Part shown: positions 9,499 to 17,898 of the stretch, in pieces
Layout of the letters: each line of letters opens with the position of its first letter
How positions within the stretch are numbered: position 1 is the stretch's first letter
IMG/VR virus record: IMGVR_UViG_3300028490_000394
DNA from: an uncultured virus (IMG/VR IMGVR_UViG_3300028490_000394)
Lineage: Duplodnaviria > Heunggongvirae > Uroviricota > Caudoviricetes
Direction: 5' to 3' (one strand)
DNA: 64,000 nucleotides
The notes under the pieces: model-generated
The model's input: the letters and a program-made list of their open reading frames with translations, nothing else
What the model was told of the DNA's origin: nothing
Databases searched by the model: none
Made by a program: the position numbers and the translations under genes

Positions 9499-9896
9499 AA
9501 AAAGCATTTATTGCTACACCTATGAGTGCATTCTCCAAAGAAGAGTATGCTGAACTATCAAAAACAATTAAGGAGATTCAACTTGAATCTGATTATGAAA
9601 TCTTTGCTGAGATAACTACTGTTACTCTGGATACGTTCTTACCACCTTCAGAAGCTTTAGATAACGATTTGGCAGCTATTCGCCAGTCAGACGTATTCAT
9701 AGCTATATATCCTAAACAAGTCCTTACAAGTCTATTCTTAGAGCTTGGTTATGCTATGGCAAATAAGAAAGAAATATTTATTTTTGTCAAAGATAAAAAA
9801 GCACTTCCTTTTCTTCTATTAGATCACCCTGGTGTTATTGAGTATAAAGATAATAAGCAGCTTAACGAATTTATTATGGGAGTACTATCTGTATGA
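9495..9896 (+). CDS. nucleoside 2-deoxyribosyltransferase / N-glycosidase family protein
   Basis: FIATPM, DLAAIRQSDVFIA and ELGYAMANKK motifs. Confidence 0.8.
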   Translation: MKKAFIATPMSAFSKEEYAELSKTIKEIQLESDYEIFAEITTVTLDTFLPPSEALDNDLAAIRQSDVFIAIYPKQVLTSLFLELGYAMANKKEIFIFVKDKKALPFLLLDHPGVIEYKDNKQLNEFIMGVLSV

Positions 9897-10234
9897 AAAT
9901 TTTTATAAAAACTCCTATTGCATGTTCAAGTTCTAATGAGTCTACTAAATTATTGAAAAAACTTTTTAAGAGACGAAAGAAAAGTATTTTAGACCTTGAG
10001 ATAAATAAACCTATTCCACTTCACGATAATACGACTGTTATTGTTTTTTTGCCACAAAATGGAAGCCCTCGTAAAGATTACTTAGAATATATAGAGTTTT
10101 TGAATAGTTTTAACTTAAGTCTTATTGTTTTTGCAAAGCATGAGAGAGATATTCCTATTTTCCTTGAAGAACTTCCTACAATCATTTACAAAAATAAAAA
10201 TTTAAAAGAACTTCTTCAAAGAATTATCTATTAG
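9893..10234 (+). CDS. degenerate paralog of the upstream NDT-like protein
   Basis: Shares KIFIKTPI and IPIFL..IIYKN with its neighbour; the ELGYA motif is not conserved. Confidence 0.45.
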   Translation: MKIFIKTPIACSSSNESTKLLKKLFKRRKKSILDLEINKPIPLHDNTTVIVFLPQNGSPRKDYLEYIEFLNSFNLSLIVFAKHERDIPIFLEELPTIIYKNKNLKELLQRIIY

Positions 10235-10413
10235 AGCTTTCTTTTACGTTTAGCTACTTTGCTGGTATCTTTGTGTTTACAGTTTCTGCAGCGTTCTCCT
10301 GGGCCAACTAGACAGGCGTCACATGTACAGCACCAGTACATTCCTTTTCTTGGACGTCGTGCCTTATTTCTATTTGTATACGTATATCCACTATTTTCAT
10401 TGTACTTTTTCAT
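10231..10413 (-). CDS. small basic Cys-rich (zinc-binding) protein
   Basis: CCTC..CRNC; overlaps the upstream gene. Confidence 0.5.
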   Translation of the reverse strand: MKKYNENSGYTYTNRNKARRPRKGMYWCCTCDACLVGPGERCRNCKHKDTSKVAKRKRKL

Positions 10414-10906
10414 ATAGGTCCTTTCTTAGTTTAAAAATAGAGTATATCATAATTATTATTGCAACTATGTCATATATTATCGCTGCAGGTGACAAAAGGT
10501 AGATTCCATATATTAGCCATAGTAATAATCCAATTAAATAGATATATTTCATTTTTAAAATATCTGCTTGAATATCTGCATAAATCAATACAAACAAGGC
10601 TATCACAGGCATAGATCCAAAGAATCCTTCTGTGTTATAAAAGACAAAGTACAATATTGCTATCACAGGTGTGCTATATTTCACTGGTTTTAGTTGTTCT
10701 TGAGTTAGAAACAGTGATAGTATTTTTATACTTACTCCTAATATTGTTACTACGGCCCCAATTATTCCTTGATTTAAATAAACTGATAAACCTATCAGTG
10801 AAGAAGAAAGTATTCCAAACTTCCTCATTTTAGTAGTTGACTCGGCAGAAAAAGATATTACTGCAAAAATAATTGCTACATATCCTATAATTTCTGCATA
10901 AGTCAT
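10397..10906 (-). CDS. YgjV-like inner membrane protein
   Basis: Multiple TM helices; IIGYVA..SF..MRK and LWLIYGIY pattern. Confidence 0.55.
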   Translation of the reverse strand: MTYAEIIGYVAIIFAVISFSAESTTKMRKFGILSSSLIGLSVYLNQGIIGAVVTILGVSIKILSLFLTQEQLKPVKYSTPVIAILYFVFYNTEGFFGSMPVIALFVLIYADIQADILKMKYIYLIGLLLWLIYGIYLLSPAAIIYDIVAIIIMIYSIFKLRKDLYEKVQ

Positions 10907-10991
10907 GTTAAATCCTACCTTTTTTCAAAATTATATCTAACTTTTATATAATCTATGTTATACTTAAGTCATTAAAACAAAAAGGATTCCA

Positions 10992-11444
10992 ATGGAAGTA
11001 ATATATACTAGAGATTATAAAGGTAAAGAGGCAGAATCAATTGATACTGTCGCAGACGGGTTTGCACAAAACTTTCTTATCCCAAGAGGAATTGCAATTG
11101 TTGCTACAGAGGCTAATATCGAAGCCCTAAAGGTTAAGAAAGATAATGAAACCAAAGAATATAGAGCTGCTATGATTGAACGGACTACAAATAAAAAGAT
11201 TCTTGAAGAAAAGACTATTTCTATTGTAAGAAAAGGATCTACGTCTTCTGGGCAAATGATCGGTGCTGTTACTCATGCTAATATTGCCGAAGCTATTGAA
11301 AATGTAGTTGGTATTCCAGCTAATAAAAAGAAGCTACATGCTGAAACGATCAAAAAGTTTGGTCTTTATAATATTGATTATGACCTTGGTGAAGGTATTG
11401 TTGCTGTAGTTAAGCTTCATGTTGCACAAGAGGGAGTTTCTTAA
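10992..11444 (+). CDS. rplI: 50S ribosomal protein bL9
   Basis: VADGFAQNFLIPRGIA and C-terminal GAVT..IAEAI..IKKFGLY; full length. Confidence 0.9.
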   Translation: MEVIYTRDYKGKEAESIDTVADGFAQNFLIPRGIAIVATEANIEALKVKKDNETKEYRAAMIERTTNKKILEEKTISIVRKGSTSSGQMIGAVTHANIAEAIENVVGIPANKKKLHAETIKKFGLYNIDYDLGEGIVAVVKLHVAQEGVS

Positions 11445-12034
11445 TGAGTATTCTAATTAAAAAAGAGATTAAAGCTGCTCGTAAGTCTGGCGCAATTATT
11501 ATTGAACCATACACTAAAAAAAATGTAAGTGTAAATTCTGTTGACGCTACACTTTCTAAGTATTTACTTACTTATGAACCAGTTGACGTTATGTTTTCTG
11601 ACGAGTTTGATAGTTATATTGTTGTACGTAAGAAGCCAACTGCATTTATTGATATGAGAAAGAAGAATCCTGTTTATCAACTTGAGATACCTGAAGACGG
11701 TATAATTCTTATTCCTGGTATTCTTTATCTTGGTTCTACAGTTGAACAAATTGGTTCTACAGTCTTCGTTCCTATGTATGAGGGTCGTAGTTCTATGGCG
11801 CGCCTTGGTATTCAAAGTCATATCTCTGCAGGATTTGGTGATATGGGGTTTGTTTCTAATTGGACTCTTGAAATTACTGTTGTTCACCCAGTTAAATTTT
11901 ATCCTGGTGTACGTATAGGACAAGTATATTTTCATAAGACTGCAGTTTCTGCTAAGGGCAAAGATCTTTATCATGGAAAATACAATAAACAGAGTGGTCC
12001 ACAATCTTCAAAGTCTTACAAAGATTTTGAATAA
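11444..12034 (+). CDS. dcd: dCTP deaminase
   Basis: EGRSSMARLGI, AGFGDMGF..WTLEI, GVRIGQ and YHGKY. Confidence 0.9.
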   Translation: MSILIKKEIKAARKSGAIIIEPYTKKNVSVNSVDATLSKYLLTYEPVDVMFSDEFDSYIVVRKKPTAFIDMRKKNPVYQLEIPEDGIILIPGILYLGSTVEQIGSTVFVPMYEGRSSMARLGIQSHISAGFGDMGFVSNWTLEITVVHPVKFYPGVRIGQVYFHKTAVSAKGKDLYHGKYNKQSGPQSSKSYKDFE

Positions 12035-12093
12035 GGGTTAAAATACACAATTTGTTAACGATTGTGTGTTAAAATATAACATAAAGGATAAGC

Positions 12094-12279
12094 ATGGCTA
12101 CAATTATAGAACCAGAGTTGATTATCACTAAAGATAATTTTTGGAATACTGACCTTGAACAAATAGAAGCTCAAATTTTAAATGGTAAAAAGGTAACTGA
12201 TTTACCTATTACTTTTGATAATAGAGTTCCTCCTTCTGAGCTTATGATTGAGCAGCTTTCTTTTGAATCTAAAAATTAA
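12094..12279 (+). CDS. hypothetical protein
   Basis: AAGGA RBS; 61 aa. Confidence 0.55.
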   Translation: MATIIEPELIITKDNFWNTDLEQIEAQILNGKKVTDLPITFDNRVPPSELMIEQLSFESKN

Positions 12280-12289
12280 GGAATTATAA

Positions 12290-12760
12290 ATGAAAAAAAT
12301 ATTAATATCTGCTATTCTTATGGCAGTTGGTGTAGCAAGTTTGTCTGCTAATACAGCTTCTTGTGTTGGTTGTCATGGATCTAAATTTGAAAAAGTTGCT
12401 ATGGGTAAAAGTAAGGTTGTTAAAGATATGTCCCTTGAAGATATTCAAGTAGCTCTCAAGGGGTATAAAGACGGTACATATGGCGGTTCTATGAAGGGTC
12501 TTATGAAAGGCTTTATTAAGAATGTTTCTGATACTGATACTTTAGCTAAAGAGGTTTATGAAATAAACCATGATAAACCTATCTGTCAAAAAGGTGTTAA
12601 TAGACCTTCAATTAAGCCTGTTAAAACTAAGTGTTTAGCTAAGCTTAAGAGTATTGAAGCGTGTGTTAATTCAGCTGTTAATGAGTCTGATATGCAGACC
12701 TGTAGAAAAAGTGTAGTTGATTTTGCTGAAAAAATTAAAACTATGCATAAAATTAAATAA
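12290..12760 (+). CDS. cytochrome c553-like protein with an extra C-terminal Cys domain
   Basis: Signal peptide, CVGCH heme motif, ALKGYKDGTYGG..LM axial Met region. Confidence 0.88.
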   Translation: MKKILISAILMAVGVASLSANTASCVGCHGSKFEKVAMGKSKVVKDMSLEDIQVALKGYKDGTYGGSMKGLMKGFIKNVSDTDTLAKEVYEINHDKPICQKGVNRPSIKPVKTKCLAKLKSIEACVNSAVNESDMQTCRKSVVDFAEKIKTMHKIK

Positions 12761-12771
12761 AGGAGATTACA

Positions 12772-12822
12772 ATGAGAACAATTTTAAAAGACGATTTTTG
12801 TAAAGAAGGAGGAGACGCATAA
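12772..12822 (+). CDS. micro-ORF MRTILKDDFCKEGGDA
   Basis: AAGGAG RBS; TAATG overlap with the next ORF. Confidence 0.5.
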   Translation: MRTILKDDFCKEGGDA

Positions 12823-12881
12823 TGAAAAAGTTAGTAACAAAAATGCTTATAGCATGTATTAGTGACGGAGGTTCAATATAA
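12822..12881 (+). CDS. micro-ORF MKKLVTKMLIACISDGGSI
   Basis: GGAGG RBS; TAATG overlaps at both ends. Confidence 0.5.
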   Translation: MKKLVTKMLIACISDGGSI

Positions 12882-12919
12882 TGAATAATGAATATTCAGA
12901 AGAAGGTGGACACGTTTAA
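12881..12919 (+). CDS. micro-ORF MNNEYSEEGGHV
   Basis: GGAGG RBS; TAATG overlap; followed by a terminator. Confidence 0.45.
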   Translation: MNNEYSEEGGHV

Positions 12920-12934
12920 AAACGTGTTTTCTTT
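12911..12934 (+). terminator. intrinsic terminator
   Basis: CACGTTT-AA-AAACGTG followed by TTTTCTTT. Confidence 0.55.
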
Positions 12935-12999
12935 CATATAACATGGTATTGACTATTATTTAATTATTTTAGTTCAAAATTATCTACAAGGAGCCACCT

Positions 13000-13494
13000 A
13001 TGGCAACACTTACACCCCCAGAGTTTCAAAAACTCTTCAATGCAAAAAATGACGTTTTAAGTCATTTGATTTATGACCTTAAACAGGTTCTACCCGAATT
13101 TTCTACAAACCCTCCAGCAGAGAGAGGCGGCTTGTTCTTTCAATCTAATCTTATTGCTTCTAAACTCATTGTTCCAACAATTGAAATTATGAGTGACAGC
13201 ACTGAAGAGAACATTGATAGACTTATTCTTAATAGTCTTTGGCTATATGTTTTAGATTTTGGTTTTAAGGATACTATTTCTTTTATTGAATCTAGAACTC
13301 AATGGTTAGACGTTACAACGGAATATACTGTTGAAGATCTTAATCGACTTATCCTTGAGAACTCTGCAGAACGTATCCAGTTAGAGCTTGGTAATACCAC
13401 TTGTATTTCTATGAAAAACATTATGGAACTTATTAACGCTTTTGTTTATGTTATTGCAGTTGTTCTTCAGGAGGACGATAATGTTAAGTCATAG
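13000..13494 (+). CDS. hypothetical protein (paralog pair, copy 1)
   Basis: Shares SRxQWL..YT..DL..LLEN..SMKNIMEL with the next gene. Confidence 0.75.
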   Translation: MATLTPPEFQKLFNAKNDVLSHLIYDLKQVLPEFSTNPPAERGGLFFQSNLIASKLIVPTIEIMSDSTEENIDRLILNSLWLYVLDFGFKDTISFIESRTQWLDVTTEYTVEDLNRLILENSAERIQLELGNTTCISMKNIMELINAFVYVIAVVLQEDDNVKS

Positions 13495-13936
13495 AGATAT
13501 AAAAGAGATTCTTACTGCTAGAGTAAACATGCTTGGTTCTATTCTTCAAATTCTGAAGACAGAGTTTATTTCTGAAGGGCCAAACAATTCTACTCGCAAG
13601 AACGCTACTATTAAATCTATTGGATTTGATTTTTGTAAGCTTTCTACCGAACGAATGAATTTTTCTCTTGTTCGAACAATTATTATTGAAAATTTTTCTT
13701 TATACTTTGATAAATATGGTTATGACAGCGTCATTTCCTTCTCTAACTCTAGAATTCAATGGCTTAATAGTGATAAAGACTATACCTTAGCTGATTTGGA
13801 TACATTGTTACTTGAAAATTTTATTGAAGTTTCTCAATATAAGCTTGGTAAGACTCAAAACGTCTCTATGAAAAATATCATGGAACTTATGAATGCTTAT
13901 TCTTGCTTGGTTTACAAACAATCTCAAGAGTCTTAG
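13481..13936 (+). CDS. hypothetical protein (paralog pair, copy 2)
   Basis: Start reassigned to MLSHR after GGAGG; paralog motifs. Confidence 0.75.
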   Translation: MLSHRDIKEILTARVNMLGSILQILKTEFISEGPNNSTRKNATIKSIGFDFCKLSTERMNFSLVRTIIIENFSLYFDKYGYDSVISFSNSRIQWLNSDKDYTLADLDTLLLENFIEVSQYKLGKTQNVSMKNIMELMNAYSCLVYKQSQES

Positions 13937-13939
13937 TTT

Positions 13940-14230
13940 ATGTATGCACTATATACAGATAGCTTCGGCCCAGAGAATAAATTTTCTAACTTGTTTTTAA
14001 AATATGTTGGACCCGGTCGACGTACGTATAAACATATGTTTGTTTTTGGCCTGGATCCTAAATTTAGGAGACTTCATTCTGAAGAGTTTAACTTTGTTAA
14101 AAAGTTTCCTGTTTCTAAAGAGGCTGTTGTTGAGTTCTTTAAAACTAAACGTTTCTCTCCAGTAAATTCTTCTGAAAGAGATCAAGTTCTTAAAGTTCTT
14201 GACCAATATACTATCCAACCCGTAGAGTAA
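13940..14230 (+). CDS. hypothetical protein
   Basis: 96-aa ORF in operon. Confidence 0.6.
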   Translation: MYALYTDSFGPENKFSNLFLKYVGPGRRTYKHMFVFGLDPKFRRLHSEEFNFVKKFPVSKEAVVEFFKTKRFSPVNSSERDQVLKVLDQYTIQPVE

Positions 14231-14287
14231 GCTTTTGCTTGCTTTACCCATTTACTTTCAGGTATACTTATAAAAAAGGAATTTTCC

Positions 14288-14515
14288 ATGTCATATATAC
14301 AATTAATCCACCTCATTTCATTTATTTTTAGTGATAACGTTTCTGATAGAGAAATTAAAAAGATTGAAGATAATGTTGATAAAAAAGAACTTGATTCTAT
14401 CGCTAAAGAATTTAATCTAGATTATGGTTCTGTAGTTCTAGAAGACGACTTTGCTGAAAAAATTAATCTTATGAGAGGTTCTATTTCAGACTTTTGTAGA
14501 GATTCTTCTAAATAA
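14288..14515 (+). CDS. hypothetical protein
   Basis: AAGGA RBS and TATACT box. Confidence 0.55.
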   Translation: MSYIQLIHLISFIFSDNVSDREIKKIEDNVDKKELDSIAKEFNLDYGSVVLEDDFAEKINLMRGSISDFCRDSSK

Positions 14516-14721
14516 GGTAACTCTAAGTTATACTCTGTTATAATACAGTTATCTTAAGGAGGCGTACGCTTCTTAAGTGTGAATTATAGCTTTGTCCCAG
14601 CCTTTCTTTATTGCAATTTAGAAAGAATAGTATGTCCATTAAATAGATCTTCTTAAGGAAGATAAAATGCTGGTTTTGTCATGTATACTTTCTGAACCTC
14701 AGTTTGTATCCTTGGCTTTTT

Positions 14722-14794
14722 GGTTTAGTAAGTCTCAGCGGTAGAGCGTGTTCCTGTGAGGGAGCGGTCACTGGTTCGAATCCAGTCTAATCCA
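14722..14794 (+). pseudogene. degenerate tRNA-like element, anticodon GTG (His-like)
   Basis: Perfect T-arm ACTGG-TTCGAAT-CCAGT, acceptor GGTTTAG/CTAATCC, D-like CTCAGCGGTAGAG, imperfect anticodon stem around CTGTGAG. Confidence 0.6.
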
Positions 14795-14854
14795 CTACTC
14801 GTTAGGTACGTACACGTTAACCTCTGTACCATGATCGGCGAGTTATTATTTATA

Positions 14855-14941
14855 TCCTAGTAAGCCTAGTGCGGTGTAAAAACTGTATGGAGTGCCTTCG
14901 CCTTTGAAGCGTGAGGGGATCAGTTCAAATCTGATATAGGA
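14855..14941 (+). pseudogene. degenerate tRNA-like element, anticodon TTG (Gln-like), with expanded D region
   Basis: T-arm ATCAG-TTCAAAT-CTGAT, TCCTA/TAGGA acceptor, CGC-CTTTGAA-GCG anticodon arm. Confidence 0.5.
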
Positions 14942-15070
14942 GTAACCTCAGCAAATCTCATTTGAATCCGGATTCACTTGATTTTTGTGTTATCTAATTT
15001 CCCTAAAAATATTAAAATTATCCTTTAAAAGTACTGGACATAATATAGAAATTAATCTATATTATGTGGT

Positions 15071-15241
15071 TTACCTCTTTCTTACAATAGTCTGTTCTGT
15101 AGAAAGTGTTGGCAGATCTATTGTTAGTATTTCTACCTTAACAGGTTCTTTTTTAAGAGATCTGCCTTTAGCTTGCATTTCTCTTTTTCTGTCAGAATTA
15201 ATCTTTTTAAGAGTCTCTGAAGTTTCGTCAAATTCTCTCAT
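15071..15241 (-). CDS. small hypothetical protein
   Basis: Start MREFDE after AAGGAG. Confidence 0.5.
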   Translation of the reverse strand: MREFDETSETLKKINSDRKREMQAKGRSLKKEPVKVEILTIDLPTLSTEQTIVRKR

Positions 15242-15242
15242 G

Positions 15243-15389
15243 TTAGGCTCCTTTTCTTGCTGCAGCAATCATATTTCTATGATCTTGTTGAATCGCTGCT
15301 TCTGTTGAATCCCAAATTAACTCTAGTGCTTCCATTTCTGCCATAGTTGGCTTCGTGTATATTCCGAAGAATCTTAGTATTGCTCTCAT
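15243..15389 (-). CDS. small hypothetical protein (48 aa, absent from ORF track)
   Basis: MRAILRFFGIY..RKGA with AAGGA RBS, abutting the next gene. Confidence 0.5.
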   Translation of the reverse strand: MRAILRFFGIYTKPTMAEMEALELIWDSTEAAIQQDHRNMIAAARKGA

Positions 15390-15508
15390 GTTTGTTTCCT
15401 TTAAAAATAAGTTATCTTCTGTTATAGACCTATTTTAGACCTCTGGTTAATTTTCTCTTAATCTTTTTCTGATATACTCCTATTATTAAAACTAAAGGAA
15501 TTTATTCT

Positions 15509-16747
15509 ATGAAAAATTTAAAAGCTGACTTTGTTATCGGGCTCCAATTCGGAGACGAAGGTAAAGGTAAAGTGATTGACTCTTTATTGAGTTCAAGTGT
15601 TAAGTATGACGGCGTCGTCAGAGGTAATGGTGCTGATAATGCAGGACACCAAATTGTTATTGGAGATAAAAAATTTACTTTACATTCTCTTCCTAGTGGA
15701 GTTCTTCAACCTGTCGTTAATATTATCGGCCCCGGTTGTGTTGTTAACCCTAATTCAATAGAAAAAGAAATTGATAATCTTGGTGAACACTTTATTGGTA
15801 CTCTTGTTATTTCTGAACGTTGCCCTCTTATTATGAAAAGACATGTTACTGAGGATCATGCTTTAGAAGCTCAGAAGGGTGAAAATTCCGTTGGTACTAC
15901 ATTAAAAGGTGTTGGCCCAGCTTATGCCTCTCTTAAGAACAGAACGGCGGTATTCGCCGGTGATTTACATGACATACCTGCTGCTTTAGAACGTTTCTTA
16001 TATCTTGAAGATAATGAGTTTGAAGATCTGAAAAAAGAGCTTACTATTTATGCGTCTAAAATTGGACAATATGTTAAAAGTATTAAACCTGTATTACGTG
16101 AGTTAAAACATATCCTTGTAGAGGGTGCACAAGCTACTATGCTTGATAATCTTTATGGTACTTACCCTTATGTTACGAGTTCTTCAACAACTGTTCCTGG
16201 TTTGCTTATGGGAATTGGTTTAAACCATACTCATGTTGGAAAAGTTTATGGTGTTATGAAACCTTACTCCGTCCGTGTTGGTAATGGACCTTTTGTTACT
16301 GAAATGGAACCTGATATGGCTCATAGAGTTAGAGTTCTTGGTAATGAAGTTGGCTCTACTACCGGTAGAGATAGACGTTGTGGGTGGACAGATTTTGTGC
16401 AATTACAAGAAGCTGTTGTTCTTAATGGTGTTACAGATCTTTGTCTTATGAAATCTGACGTTTTAGATTCTTTTGACGAAGTTCAATTCTGTACTGCATA
16501 TAAACTAGAACCAGGTGTTACTGAACTAGTCGAATACTTATCTCATGTTCCTTTTAGTTATAAAAATATAGAACCTTATTATGACACTTTTATGGTTTGG
16601 GATACTGAACTTTTTGGTAAAACTTTTACTAGAGATACTCTACCTATTCAACTCTCTACTATTATTACTTTTATTGAGCAGAAACTTGACGTTCCTGTTA
16701 CTTTCTTTTCTACAGGTCCAGAAAGAGACCAGACAAGCTTTCTTTAA
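15509..16747 (+). CDS. purA: adenylosuccinate synthetase
   Basis: QFGDEGKGK, NAGH, EGAQATMLD, YPYVTSS and TTGRDRRCGW. Confidence 0.93.
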   Translation: MKNLKADFVIGLQFGDEGKGKVIDSLLSSSVKYDGVVRGNGADNAGHQIVIGDKKFTLHSLPSGVLQPVVNIIGPGCVVNPNSIEKEIDNLGEHFIGTLVISERCPLIMKRHVTEDHALEAQKGENSVGTTLKGVGPAYASLKNRTAVFAGDLHDIPAALERFLYLEDNEFEDLKKELTIYASKIGQYVKSIKPVLRELKHILVEGAQATMLDNLYGTYPYVTSSSTTVPGLLMGIGLNHTHVGKVYGVMKPYSVRVGNGPFVTEMEPDMAHRVRVLGNEVGSTTGRDRRCGWTDFVQLQEAVVLNGVTDLCLMKSDVLDSFDEVQFCTAYKLEPGVTELVEYLSHVPFSYKNIEPYYDTFMVWDTELFGKTFTRDTLPIQLSTIITFIEQKLDVPVTFFSTGPERDQTSFL

Positions 16748-16770
16748 GCTTTTTCTGGTATAATATGTAT

Positions 16771-16980
16771 AGTTTTCGATTTATCCGTAGTATCTTTTTA
16801 CAAAAGAGTAACGGATTAGGTAGAAGTACCGAAAAGAGTTTGGTAGCTCTTCCTAGATATCGCACGTCATGGTGACAAGGGTATTAACTAACTCCTATTG
16901 ACGAATAGGTCCTCCTTGACATACATAAAGGATAAATTTGAATGGAATTGAGAAATCATTTGTATTTTGTTTGTCCTTTG
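16771..16980 (+). ncRNA. candidate structured non-coding RNA
   Basis: Own promoter (TTAAG..TATAAT at 16759), no long ORF, at least five stem-loops. Confidence 0.5.
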
Positions 16981-17037
16981 CTTTTCTAAGAACCCCTTAA
17001 GCTATTTCAGTGTATAATATCCTTACAAAGGATACAC

Positions 17038-17898
17038 ATGTCGTATAAAACTGCAAAACTATGGTTAATTATTGCTGGATTACTTATATTTTCTCCATAC
17101 ATTTTAAAATATGTTTCTTCATTAAATTTTAATATCTCTAAAACTGAAACTAAAGATATCAGCTATTCTGGTACTGATACTCTTAATGCAGCTATGGGTC
17201 TTACTAAGCCTGACTCAAACCCCTCATTTTTTTCTACCATGCTTGAATCTAATGTTAATAAACAATACCAAGAAATTGTTCCTTGCTTGAATGATTCTTC
17301 TTGTACTGCTTTTTGTATGGTGATCGATATAAATTATAAATATAGTAATGATAATTATAGTTCTACATATACTAATTTTTATGAAATCTTGACAAAAAGA
17401 AATCATATATCTTCAGACTCTAGACCTTTTTTGATTTTAAATGGTAGAGATTATACTTTTGATAATTGCTTCAAGACTTATAATCCTGACGTTCGGAGCG
17501 TTGTCCGTAAAATTGCAAAGACAGAACGTCCTAGCTCTAGAACTTCAAAAAAATCTTTTCATTTTGATAAATTGAGATATTTTGAAAATTCTGGAAAGTG
17601 TTTATTTGATATCGGTAATGCTATAAGTGAAGGGGCTCCTGTTTATTGTTATGATACTACCTTTAATGTTGTTCTACAAAAATTTATTCCTACTAATAAG
17701 TCTAAACTTAATGGTTTGGTTGATTTTTTCTCTGCTAGTACAGAATACTTCATTCAAGACCTTGAACATAATCTTACATTCAATGTTGTAAATTGCTCTT
17801 CTGGTTTAGATCCTGAATATGAGTTTCGAAGTAATAAGGTTCTTTCTAATTCAACTATTTTAAATGCTACAAAAAGGTTATCAAATGAAATCAAATAG
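17038..17898 (+). CDS. membrane-anchored Cys-rich exported protein (paralog 1 of 4)
   Basis: N-terminal TM; PCL..C..C, FYE, LNGRDYTFDNC and FNVVNC. Confidence 0.75.
   Translation: MSYKTAKLWLIIAGLLIFSPYILKYVSSLNFNISKTETKDISYSGTDTLNAAMGLTKPDSNPSFFSTMLESNVNKQYQEIVPCLNDSSCTAFCMVIDINYKYSNDNYSSTYTNFYEILTKRNHISSDSRPFLILNGRDYTFDNCFKTYNPDVRSVVRKIAKTERPSSRTSKKSFHFDKLRYFENSGKCLFDIGNAISEGAPVYCYDTTFNVVLQKFIPTNKSKLNGLVDFFSASTEYFIQDLEHNLTFNVVNCSSGLDPEYEFRSNKVLSNSTILNATKRLSNEIK

Noticed and set aside
15509..16747. PurZ (2-aminoadenine DNA pathway)
   Set aside because: The motif is GDEGKG with the PurA catalytic Asp, not the Ser of PurZ; called purA
16998..17005. Mini-array seed TAAGCTAT matching a promoter element
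   Set aside because: Only 8 nt in AT-rich DNA, and no seed match in the cas promoter region 8042-8216, so CreR-type autorepression is not supported here
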